Assembly: GCA_049840735.1 (NCBI GenBank)
Contig: JASGJN010000013.1
Span: 96,001 to 160,000 of the forward strand
Direction of reading: 5' to 3'
Length of the DNA: 64,000 nt
Source of the DNA: Anaeromyxobacter sp.
GTDB taxonomy: Bacteria > Myxococcota > Myxococcia > Myxococcales > Anaeromyxobacteraceae
Under the pieces are notes generated by a model. It did no database searches. It was not told the origin of the DNA and was given only the letters and a program-made list of their open reading frames with translations. This document shows, piece by piece, positions 1-8,810 of the stretch (position 1 is the stretch's first letter; each line of letters begins with the position of its first letter). The position numbers were made by a program, and so were the translations under genes.

Positions 1-701
1 GGCCCGCCCCGGCGACCACGAGGTGCGGCTCTCGGCCCGGGCCGAGGGCGGCGAGGTGATCGTCGAGGTGCGCGACACCGGCGCGGGCATCCCGCCCGAG
101 CTCATGCCCCGCATCTTCGATCCCTTCTTCACCACCAAGCCGGTCGGGACCGGCTCGGGGCTGGGGCTCTCGGTCTGCCACGGCATCGTGCGGACCCTGG
201 GCGGCGCGCTCACGGTGGCCAGCACGCCTGGTGAAGGGACCACGTTCCGGGTCAGCTTCCCGGCGGTGCAGGAGCGGCCGGCCCCGGAGCCCGCCGCCAC
301 CGCGCCGGCGGCCGGCCCGGCCCGGCGCGGCCGGGTGCTGGTGATCGACGACGAGCAGCTGGTGGGGCGCAGCCTGGCCCGCATCCTCTCCGGCGCCCAC
401 GACGTCACCGCGCTCACCTCGCCGGTGGAGGCGCTGCGCCGGGTCGAGGCGGGCGAGCGCTGGGACGTGGTGCTGTGCGACCTGATGATGCCGGAGCTGT
501 CCGGCATGGACGTGGAGGAGCGGCTGCGCCAGGTGGCCCCGGAGCTGGTGGACCGGGTGCTCTACCTGACCGGCGGCGCCTTCACCGAGCGGAGCCGCGC
601 CTTCCTCGCCGCCGGGCGGCCCTACCTCGAGAAGCCGGTGGATTCCGGCGGGGCTGCGCCTGCAGGTGGCCGAGCGCGTGGCGCGCGCCGCGCCCCCCTG
701 A
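1..701 (+). CDS. Hybrid sensor histidine kinase, C-terminal part (HATPase_c + receiver); 5'-truncated, apparent +1 frameshift at ~643
   Basis: DTGAGI, FDPFFTTK and GSGLGL boxes, then REC (VLVIDDE...DLMMP...EKP). Removing one T from GATTC at 641-645 gives EKPVDPAGLRLQVAERVARAAPP* ending at TGA 699-701, abutting the convergent ccoS. Confidence 0.85.
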
Positions 702-878
702 TCAGCGGCCGGGCGCGGGAGGGTCCCGCGGCGGCCCGCCCTCCTCGTCGTCGTCCAGCATCCGGTACTTGGGCCCCTCCGGATCCTCGTACTGCCCGCT
801 CTTCACCGACCAGACGAAGAGCAGCCAGGCGGCGAGCCCCAGCGCCAGCGAGATCACCACCAGGAAGCCGATGGCCAC
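702..878 (-). CDS. ccoS: cbb3-type oxidase maturation protein CcoS/FixS (58 aa, not in ORF track)
   Basis: Manual translation MAIGFLVVISLALGLAAWLLFVWSVKSGQYEDPEGPKYRMLDDD: one TM helix plus the WxxxxGQYED motif, directly after ccoI. Confidence 0.85.
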   Translation of the reverse strand: MAIGFLVVISLALGLAAWLLFVWSVKSGQYEDPEGPKYRMLDDDEEGGPPRDPPAPGR

Positions 879-881
879 GGC

Positions 882-3333
882 TCAGCCCTCCCCGCCCGCC
901 GGCGCGGGGAAGGCCCGGCGCAGGCGCAGCGAGTTGCCCACCACGAAGAGCGAGCTGGCCGCCATGGCCGCCGCCGCGACGATGGGGTGGAGCAGCCCCG
1001 CCACCGCCAGCGGGATGGCCACCAGGTTGTAGAAGAAGGCCCAGAAGACGTTCTGCCGGATCACCGCCCGGGCGCGGCGGGAGAGCAGCACCAGCGCCGG
1101 CACCAGCCGCAGGTCGTCGCGCACCAGCACCACGTCGGCGCTCTCCAGCGTCACGTCCACGCCCCGCGCCACCGCCACCCCCACGTGCGCCTGGGTGAGC
1201 GCCGGGGCGTCGTTGAGCCCGTCCCCGGCGAAGAGCACCCGCCCGCGGGCGGCCTGGCGGCGGGCCACCTCCTCGCGCTTCTGCACCGGCGTGGCCTCGG
1301 CCTGCCAGGGCAGCCCCAGCCCGCCGGCCACCGCCGCCACCGTGCGCGCCGCGTCGCCGCTGCAGAGCGTGGCGGCCACGCCGGCGGCCCGGAGCGCGCG
1401 GAGCGCCGCCGGGGCCTCGGCGCGGACCGGATCCGCCACCGCCAGCACCGCCGCCACCTCGCCGCCCCGCGCCAAGAACACCGCGGTCTCGCCCGCCGCC
1501 TCGCGCGCCGCCGCCAGCGCCTCGGCCGCCGGCGGGAGCGCCACCCCGCGCTCGGCCAGCAGCGCCCGGTTGCCCAGCAGCAGCGCCGCCCCGGCCACCT
1601 GGCCGGCCACCCCGCGCCCCGGGAGCACCTCGAACCCGCGCGCCTCCGGCTCGGCCCCGGCCGGCAGCGCCCGCGCCGCCTCCAGCACCGCCCGGCCCAG
1701 GTGGTGCTCGCTGCGCCGCTCCAGCGCGGCCGCCAGGGCCAGCGCCTGGTCCGGCGCGAGCCCCGGCCCGAGCGGCAGCACCGCCAGCAGCGCCGGGCGG
1801 CCGCGGGTCAGGGTGCCGGTCTTGTCGAGCAGCGCCTGGTCCACCTCTGCGGCCCGCTCCAGCACGTCGCCGCCCTTGACCAGCAGGCCGCGCGCCGTGG
1901 CCGCGCCGGTGGCCACCAGGACGGCGATGGGCGTGGCCAGCCCCAGCGCGCAGGGGCAGGCGATCACCACCACGGCGATGGCGGTCATCACCGCCCGCTC
2001 CGCCGGCGCACCCGCCGCCAGCCACCCCGCCGCCGTGGCCGCGGCCAGCGCCAGCAGCGAGGGCACGAAGACCCCCACCGCCCAATCGGCCAGCGCCTGC
2101 AGCCGCGGCTTGCGCAGCTGCGCCTCCTCCACCGCGCGCACGATCCCGGCCAGCACCGTGTCCTTGCCGACGCGGGTCACCTCCACCAGCAGGGCCCCGG
2201 CGCCGTTGACCGTGCCGCCGATGACCCCCGCCCCGGGCGCCTTGCCGACCGGCCGCGCCTCGCCGGTGACCAGCGACTCGTCCACCTCCGAGCGCCCGTC
2301 CACCACCCGGCCGTCCAGCGGGATGCGCTCGCCCGGCAGCACCTCGACCCGCTCGCCCGGCCGGAATCCCGCCCACCGGGACGGAGGTCCGGACCAGCCC
2401 CGCCGGCCCTTCCTCCACCCGGCGCGCCTCGCGCGGCGCCAGCGCGGCCAGGCGCGCCACCGCCTCCGAGGCCTTGCCGCGCGCGGTGGCCTCCACGTAG
2501 CGGCCCAGCAGCACCAGCGTGGGGATCATGGCGGCGGTGTCGAAGTAGACCTCCCCGCCGCGGGCCATCCCGTGGATCGACTGCGCCAGCGCGGCCAGCG
2601 AGCCGATGGCCACCAGCGCGTCCATGCCCATCCGCCCGTGGCGCAGCCCGCGGGCGGTGGCCTGCAGGAAGGGGGCGCCGGCGTAGAAGACCACCGGCAG
2701 CGTCAGCCCCAGCGCGATCCACTCCATCAGGCGCCGGGTGCCGGCGTCGATGCCCTGGAAGTACCCGGCGTAGAGGACCACCTGGTAGATCATCAGCTGC
2801 GAGGCCAGGAAGAGCGCGGTCCCGAGCCGGATCAGCAGGTCGCGCGCCTCGGCCCGCCCCGCCGCCAGCTGCGCGGTGTCCGACCAGGGGCGCGGCTGGT
2901 AGCCGCCGGCCTGGATGCGCCCCAGGATCCGGGCCAGGTCCACGCGCGCCGGATCGAACCGCACCCGGGCCCGGTGGGTCGCGTAGTTGACCCGCGCCGA
3001 GACCACCCCGGGCAGGCGCGCCAGCAGCTTCTCGTTGAGCCAGACGCAGGAGGCGCAGCGGATGCCGTCGATGGCCAGGTCCAGCGAGGCCGCCCCCTCC
3101 TCCTGGCGCACGCCGGCCTGGAACGCGCCCAGGTCGAGCGGCGCGGCCGCGGCCGGGCCGGGGTCGGCCCACTGGCGCGCCTGGTACCACCCGCCCAGCC
3201 CCTCGGCGTGCACCAGCTCGAACACGCCGCGGCAGCCGGCGCAGCAGAAGGCCCGCGGCGCGCCGGCCACCTCGGCCCGCAGCGCCTCGCGCTCCGGCAC
3301 CTCCAGCAGGCAGTGGTCGCAGCGGAGGTTCAC
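882..3333 (-). CDS. ccoI: P1B-type Cu-transporting ATPase CcoI/FixI; apparent +1 frameshift at ~2366
   Basis: N-terminal CDHC...FCCAGC, HMA motif GIRCASC, then TGE, CPC, DKTGT and GDGLND. The two halves (ORFs 622..3936 and 882..2342) join at GAATC 2364-2368. Confidence 0.9.
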
Positions 3334-4004
3334 GGTCCGTGGACCCCCAGGCCGCGCAGCAGGTAGGACGCGCCCAGCGCCACCACCACCGCGCCGCCGG
3401 CCCGCGCCAGCCACCCGCGCGCGCGCCCTGCCAGCAGCGTCCCGGCCGTGCCGGCCAGCAGCAGCGCCGGCACCGTGCCCAGCGCGAAGGCCAGCGTCAG
3501 CGCCAGCCCGCGGCCCGGGTGGCCGGTGGCGGCCGCGCCCAGGAACATGGTCCAGGACAGCCCGCAGGGCATCACCCCCAGCACCAGCCCCACCGGGAAG
3601 AGCCGGCCGGCGGTGCCGCCCTCCAGCAGGCCGCGCGCGGCCCGCGCCACGCCGCCGGCGGCGCGCGCCTCCAGCCGGCGCAGCGGCGCGGCCAGCCCCA
3701 TCGCGCCCAGCCCCGAGGCGATCATCAGGGCCCCGGCCAGCACGCCGGCCACGGCCTTCACGCCGGCCAGCCGGCCGGCCACGTCGACGAAGGCGCCGGT
3801 CAGCCCCATGATCGCGCCCAGCAGCGCGTAGGTGGTGACGCGCCCGGCGTGGTAGGCCAGCTGGCCCTGGAGCGCCCGGGCCGTGCCCGCCGGCCCCGCC
3901 GCCGCCAGCGCCAGCCCGCCCACCAGCGGACCGCACATGGCCAGGCAGTGGCCGAGCCCGCCCAGCAGGCCGGTGGTGAAGGCCGCGGCCAGCTCCCCGA
4001 TCAC
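3330..4004 (-). CDS. DsbD_2/TauE-SafE-like membrane protein of cbb3 assembly clusters
   Basis: GHCLAMCGP, YHAGR and MPCGL motifs, multi-TM; GTG start overlaps the upstream stop. Confidence 0.85.
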   Translation of the reverse strand: MIGELAAAFTTGLLGGLGHCLAMCGPLVGGLALAAAGPAGTARALQGQLAYHAGRVTTYALLGAIMGLTGAFVDVAGRLAGVKAVAGVLAGALMIASGLGAMGLAAPLRRLEARAAGGVARAARGLLEGGTAGRLFPVGLVLGVMPCGLSWTMFLGAAATGHPGRGLALTLAFALGTVPALLLAGTAGTLLAGRARGWLARAGGAVVVALGASYLLRGLGVHGP

Positions 4005-4537
4005 TCGGCCACCACCGCCCGGAACACCGCCCGCGCCGCCGGCGCGCCGGCCCGCTCCACCGTGACGGAGAGATCCCAGTCCTTCCGGCCGCTGGGGCAC
4101 TCGACCAGCACCGCCTGCCCGGTCCAGCGGCCCGGGCCGGCCGGCTGCAGCGCCACGTGGTTCGGCCCCATGTCCATGCCCGCCATGGCCAGGTCCAGGC
4201 CGACCGCTGCGGCCTCGGCCGGCGCGCCGGCGCGGCGCAGCGAGGCCTCCACCGTCAGCGCGGCCATGGTGCGCGGCGGGCGCGGCGCCAGCGCCAGCGT
4301 CACCTCCAGGCCGTCCCCGGCCGGGAGCGTGCACGGTCCTGCGGCCAGGTCGCAGCCGCCCGGCCGAGGCGCCGCGCCCTGCTGGGCGGCCCGCCGGTCG
4401 GCGTCGTACTGCAGGCCCTGCTCGTAGGGGTGCGCGACCACGGTGTCCTCGCGAACGCCGCTGCCGACCCAGATCGTCCCGACCACCGCGCCCAGCGCCG
4501 TCACCACCGCGACCGCCACCAGCAGCTTGAGCTTCAT
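4001..4537 (-). CDS. ccoH: FixH/CcoH-like protein with YtkA-like C-terminal domain
   Basis: N-terminal TM, then DTVVAHPYEQGLQY (FixH-like) and MAGMDMG; lies between ccoG and ccoI; overlapping start/stop at both ends. Confidence 0.65.
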   Translation of the reverse strand: MKLKLLVAVAVVTALGAVVGTIWVGSGVREDTVVAHPYEQGLQYDADRRAAQQGAAPRPGGCDLAAGPCTLPAGDGLEVTLALAPRPPRTMAALTVEASLRRAGAPAEAAAVGLDLAMAGMDMGPNHVALQPAGPGRWTGQAVLVECPSGRKDWDLSVTVERAGAPAARAVFRAVVAE

Positions 4538-5781
4538 CGGGCCTCCGGCAGCTCGAGCGGCAGGGGGGTGTGCAGGTGGTCGAGCGGCGGCCCGGCCGGC
4601 GCCGCGCTGCCCGCGGGACGGATCTCGGCCCGGAGCGTGGCCTGGATGCGGCCGGGCGGCAAGCCGCGGGCCGTCGCCACCAGCCGCACCTGGCGCCGCT
4701 CGCCCGCCTTCAGCTGGACCAGCGCCGGGGCGATCCGCACCTCGCCCGCACCCGGCGCCCCGGCCTCCAGCGCCACCACCACCGGCTGGCGGGCGTGGTT
4801 CTCCAGCGCCGCGCGGTAGACGTTCACCGCGCCGCCGTCGGGCGTGCGCCGCACCGAGACCGAGGGCTCCGGCACCACCAGCACCGAGACCACCTCCCGG
4901 CCGGCCACCACCGCCACCAGCGCCGCGGCGGCCAGGAGCGTGGCCGCCCCCAGCGCCAGCGAGGCCGGCCTGCGCAGGCGCCGCCGCCCGCCGGGCTCGC
5001 CGGGCTCGCCGAAGAAGTAGCCCACCAGGCCGGTCGGGCGCCGCAGCTTCAGCATGATGGGCGTGCAGGCGTCCACGCAGGCGGCGCAGGCGATGCACTC
5101 CAGCTGAAGCCCCCGGCGGATGTCGATGCCGGTGGGGCAGACGCGGACGCAGGCGCCGCAGTCCACGCAGTCCGCGGCGCGCCCGGCGTCGTAGGCCACC
5201 ACCAGCGAGGAGCGGTCGAGCAGGACGCCCTGCAGCTTGGCGTAGGGGCAGACCGTCTTGCAGAAGGTCTGGCGCACCAGCGCCAGGTCGAGGAAGAGCA
5301 GCGTGCCCAGCGCGAGCCAGGCGCCGCCCAGCACCGGCCCGAGCTGCCCGCGCGCCAGGCGCTCCAGGAACTCGCCCGGGGGCACGAAGTACCAGAGCGC
5401 GGCGGCCGAGAAGAGGACCGAGACGGCGCCGGCCGCGGCGAAGCCCAGCGGACGCCGCCAGCGCCGCGGGCGCCGGCGCGGCGCGGGCATCACCCAGCCG
5501 GTGAGGTCGGACAGGACCGTCTGCGGGCAGGACCAGCCGCACCAGGCGCGGCCGAACAGCAGCGTGATCCACAGGAAGGCGAAGGTGGCGAGCAGGGTGG
5601 CCGCCAGCACCACGAACGCCTCGTCGATGGCGTAGGTGGCGCCGAAGGCCAGCAGCCGGCCGCCGGGCACGTCCAGGCGGAGCGCGCTCTCCCCGCCCAC
5701 CGGGACGAAGGGCAGCCCGAGCACCGCGAGCGCCTGGGCCGCCCCCGCCAACCGCCGCCAGCGCGTGATGCTAGTCGTCAT
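4534..5781 (-). CDS. ccoG: CcoG/FixG 4Fe-4S membrane protein
   Basis: GRAWCGWSCPQT, FCKTVCPY, CVDCGACVRVCP and CIACAACVDAC, followed by an Ig-like C-terminus. Confidence 0.9.
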   Translation of the reverse strand: MTTSITRWRRLAGAAQALAVLGLPFVPVGGESALRLDVPGGRLLAFGATYAIDEAFVVLAATLLATFAFLWITLLFGRAWCGWSCPQTVLSDLTGWVMPAPRRRPRRWRRPLGFAAAGAVSVLFSAAALWYFVPPGEFLERLARGQLGPVLGGAWLALGTLLFLDLALVRQTFCKTVCPYAKLQGVLLDRSSLVVAYDAGRAADCVDCGACVRVCPTGIDIRRGLQLECIACAACVDACTPIMLKLRRPTGLVGYFFGEPGEPGGRRRLRRPASLALGAATLLAAAALVAVVAGREVVSVLVVPEPSVSVRRTPDGGAVNVYRAALENHARQPVVVALEAGAPGAGEVRIAPALVQLKAGERRQVRLVATARGLPPGRIQATLRAEIRPAGSAAPAGPPLDHLHTPLPLELPEAR

Positions 5782-5911
5782 CCTTCAGCATCTTGTACTT
5801 GGCCTCTTCCACCCGGTCCTTGCGCCTGCGGCCGTAGTAGAAGACGGCGATGGCCGCCAGGGCCACGCAGAGCGTGGCGCCGAAGATGAGGTAGGCCGTC
5901 TCGGCGCCCAC
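5771..5911 (-). CDS. ccoQ: cbb3-type oxidase small subunit CcoQ-like (46 aa)
   Basis: MGAETAYLIFGATLCVALAAIAVFYYGRRRKDRVEEAKYKMLKDDD: single TM plus charged tail, in operon position. Confidence 0.75.
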   Translation of the reverse strand: MGAETAYLIFGATLCVALAAIAVFYYGRRRKDRVEEAKYKMLKDDD

Positions 5912-5913
5912 GC

Positions 5914-6183
5914 TCAGCCCTTCTTCCGGCGCTGCGCCGCGATGAGCACCAGCGCCACCGTGGCGGGGATGACGGTGAAGGCCAGGGTGGCCACCAGGTT
6001 GGCCCCGTTCGACGCCCCGCCGTCCGAGGCGTCCTGGGACTGGCTCCAGCCGCCGCCCCAGGGCGAGTAGGCGTAGACGTAGAAGCCCCCGAAGGCAATC
6101 AGCCCCCAGAACAGCAGCGCCCAGCCCACCGGGATGCGGTGCTCGCCCTCGACGGGCGTCACGTCCAGCTCGTTGTCTGCCAT
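5914..6183 (-). CDS. Heme-less CcoP N-terminal (FixP_N-like) membrane protein
   Basis: EHRIPVGWALLFWGLIAFGGFYVY resembles the CcoP membrane segment; two TM helices, no CxxCH; AGGAGGGAG RBS. Confidence 0.65.
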   Translation of the reverse strand: MADNELDVTPVEGEHRIPVGWALLFWGLIAFGGFYVYAYSPWGGGWSQSQDASDGGASNGANLVATLAFTVIPATVALVLIAAQRRKKG

Positions 6184-6192
6184 CTCTCCCTC

Positions 6193-7176
6193 CTAGTGCG
6201 CCGCGCCCGCGTGCTGCGAGCGGATCCAGGCGATGATCGACCAGACGTCGTCGTCGGGCAGGTCGTTGGCGGGCATGCCGCCGTCCGGCTGGCCCTTGCG
6301 GCCCAGCGCGCCCTTGTTGTCGCTGCCGCCCTTGATCAGCGCGAAGTAGGCCGCGTCCGGCAGGTCCGGCTGCTCGCCCAGGAAGGTGTCGTCCACCAGG
6401 CTGGGGACGCCCTCCGCGCCGCGGGCGTCGTCGCCGTGGCAGGCGCTGCACCCGTTGTCGGCGAAGAGGCGGGCGCCGCGCGCCACCGCCGCCGCGTCGC
6501 CGGCCACCGGGTTCTCCATCGCGAGATCCACCGTCCCCGCCGGCGCGCCGCGCTCGACGGCGCGGCCCAGCGAGACGGTGTAGGCCACCAGCGCGTCCAG
6601 CTCCGTCTTGCCCTGGACGGCGGCCGGCGCGCCGTCGATGTCCGCCTGCTGGTAGGGGACGCCCAGCCTCGCCAGCGCGCGCATGCTGGCCTGCACCTGG
6701 GCGCCGTCCACCTGCGCCTCCCCGAGGAACGCGTAGGAGGGCATGTTGGACTTCGGGACCTTGGACTGCGGGTCCACGAAGTGGGCCCGGTGCCAGTCGC
6801 GGGACGGCTTGATCCAGCCCTCGAAGGCCAGGTCCGGGCCGGTGCGCTTGGAGCCCCAGAGGAACGGGTGATCGTAGGCGAACTCGCCGGCCATGGAGTA
6901 CTGCGCGGCCGGCTGGGCCGCCTGGCTGCCCTTGTAGCGGATCACCTCGCTGCGCAGCGGGCGGATCATCTGCGAGTGGCAGTTGACGCAGCCCTCGCGC
7001 TGGTAGAGGTCGCGCCCGGCCAGCTCCAGCGCCGGGAGCGGCCTGAGCGCGTCGATCTTCGGGTGGAGGTCGGAGCGCAGCATGGGCAGCGCCATGGTCG
7101 CGAGGCTGCCAGCCAGGATGACGACGGTCGCGACGACCGCGAACAGGATGGGCTTCCGGTAGATCGTGCCAGCCAT
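6193..7176 (-). CDS. ccoO: cbb3-type oxidase subunit II (CcoO) fused to an extra C-terminal cytochrome c domain
   Basis: GRDLYQREGCVNCHSQMIRP, WGSKRTGPDL and SNMPSY; second heme motif CSACH with distal GGMP. Confidence 0.9.
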   Translation of the reverse strand: MAGTIYRKPILFAVVATVVILAGSLATMALPMLRSDLHPKIDALRPLPALELAGRDLYQREGCVNCHSQMIRPLRSEVIRYKGSQAAQPAAQYSMAGEFAYDHPFLWGSKRTGPDLAFEGWIKPSRDWHRAHFVDPQSKVPKSNMPSYAFLGEAQVDGAQVQASMRALARLGVPYQQADIDGAPAAVQGKTELDALVAYTVSLGRAVERGAPAGTVDLAMENPVAGDAAAVARGARLFADNGCSACHGDDARGAEGVPSLVDDTFLGEQPDLPDAAYFALIKGGSDNKGALGRKGQPDGGMPANDLPDDDVWSIIAWIRSQHAGAAH

Positions 7177-7186
7177 GATCGCGCTC

Positions 7187-8614
7187 CTACGCCGCCGAGG
7201 CCGCGGCCGGGGTGGCGCGCTCCGCCTGCAGCGCGTTCCCCTTCCGGATGGTCATGAGGACGTTGTAGACGAACACCAGCATGCCGGCCGCGAAGATGAT
7301 CCCGGCCAGCGTGCGCAGGTGCCAGTACGGATAGTTGCCGGCCAGCCCCTCGATGAAGGTGTACTTCAGCTTCGAGTCCGCCCCCTCCTCCATGGCCTTC
7401 CACATCCAGCCCTGCCGGATGCCGGTGATCCACATGGTCACCGAGAAGAGCAGCTGCCCGACCAGCACCAGCCAGAAGTGCACGTTGGCCAGCTTCTCCG
7501 AGTAGAGCTCGGTGCCGTGGATCCTGGGGATGACGTAGTAGACCGAGGCGCAGACCGTCATCGCCACCCAGCCCATGGTGCCCATGTGCACGTGGCCGGG
7601 GACCCAGTCGGTGAAGTGGATCAGCTGCGAGACCACGCGCAGCCCCTGGGTCGGCCCCTGCACCGTCTGCAGGCCGTAGAAGGTGATGCCCAGCACGAAG
7701 AACTTGGTGAGATAGCTGGTCTTCATCTTCGACCAGTCCTGACCGACCGTGTAGTAGCCGTTCACCACCGAGCCCCAGCTCGGCGCGATCAGGAAGAGCG
7801 TGAAGACGATGGCCAGCGTCTGCAGCCAGTCCGGCAGCGGCGAGTAGACCAGGTGGTGCGCGCCGGTCCACAGGTAGGCGAAGATCAGCGACCAGAAGGC
7901 CACGATGGAGAGCCGGTGGCTGAAGATGGGCAGCCCGGTGGCCTTGGGGAGGAAGTAGTAGAACATGGCCAGGATCGGCGTCGTGAAGACGAAGCCGACC
8001 GCGTTGTGTCCGTACCACCACTGCACGTTGGCGGAGTTCACGCCGGCGAACAGGTGGTAGCTCTTGAAGAGCCCCGCCGGCATCGCCAGGTTGTTCACCA
8101 GGTAGAGGACCGCCACCGCCACCACCGTGGCGAGGACGTACCAGAGCGACACGTACATCTGCTCCTCGCGCCGCTTGAGGACGGTCGCGAAGACGTTGAC
8201 CGCGAACATCACCCACAGCACCACGATGGCGACGTCGAGCGGCCACTCCAGCTCGGCGTACTCGAGCGACTGCGTGTAGCCCATCATCAGCGTCACGGCC
8301 GCCGCGGCGATCCCCACGTTGAAGAGCCACAGCTGCAGCCGCGCCAGCCGCGGGAAGACCAGCGGCCGCTTGCAGAGCCGCATCACGATCCAGTAGCTGA
8401 GGCCGAAGATCGCCCCCACGCCCAGGCCGAAGGCCAGGCCGTTGGTGTGGACCGGGCGCAGGCGCCCGTAGGTGAGGTACGGAGGAAGGTTGGCTGCTGG
8501 GAGCCAGAGCTGCACGCTGATGAGCAGCCCCAGCACGATGCCGACGACCCCCCAGAAGATCGCCGAGAGGATGAACCCCTGGACCGTCCGGTGGTCGTAC
8601 CGATAGTCGTTCAT
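7187..8614 (-). CDS. ccoN: cbb3-type cytochrome c oxidase subunit I
   Basis: YGRLRPVHTN, EYAELEW, WWYGHNAVGF, WTGAHH and GHVH motifs; start at MNDYRY after AGGAA. Confidence 0.95.
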   Translation of the reverse strand: MNDYRYDHRTVQGFILSAIFWGVVGIVLGLLISVQLWLPAANLPPYLTYGRLRPVHTNGLAFGLGVGAIFGLSYWIVMRLCKRPLVFPRLARLQLWLFNVGIAAAAVTLMMGYTQSLEYAELEWPLDVAIVVLWVMFAVNVFATVLKRREEQMYVSLWYVLATVVAVAVLYLVNNLAMPAGLFKSYHLFAGVNSANVQWWYGHNAVGFVFTTPILAMFYYFLPKATGLPIFSHRLSIVAFWSLIFAYLWTGAHHLVYSPLPDWLQTLAIVFTLFLIAPSWGSVVNGYYTVGQDWSKMKTSYLTKFFVLGITFYGLQTVQGPTQGLRVVSQLIHFTDWVPGHVHMGTMGWVAMTVCASVYYVIPRIHGTELYSEKLANVHFWLVLVGQLLFSVTMWITGIRQGWMWKAMEEGADSKLKYTFIEGLAGNYPYWHLRTLAGIIFAAGMLVFVYNVLMTIRKGNALQAERATPAAASAA

Positions 8615-8728
8615 GTGCCCGTTCCTCCCGCGACGCGGGAAATGATCGGGCGCAACATACAGGACGTGCCGCCGCGCTTGTACCGCCTCGGGAGCAGGCG
8701 ACCGTCTGCGCCCCGGTGTCCCGGAAAC

Positions 8729-8744
8729 GCACCCACCATGCCAG
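8729..8744 (-). promoter_or_regulatory. Putative sigma-54 (-24/-12) promoter of the cco operon
   Basis: Minus strand CTGGCATGGTGGGTGC = TGGCAY with GG-N10-GC, ~115 nt upstream of ccoN. Confidence 0.5.
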
Positions 8745-8792
8745 ATCAAGGCGGGCGAGCCGCCGGCCCGGGCCCGCCCAGCGCCCGTCCTC

Positions 8793-8810
8793 GACAGGTG
8801 CAAACCTGTC
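8793..8810. promoter_or_regulatory. Perfect dyad GACAGGT-GCAA-ACCTGTC (operator/enhancer site or hairpin)
   Basis: 7-bp perfect inverted repeat right after the molybdopterin oxidoreductase stop and upstream of the putative sigma-54 site. Confidence 0.4.

Noticed and set aside
8736..8749. FNR box upstream of ccoN
   Set aside because: Only one half-site (TTGAT/ATCAA) matches.
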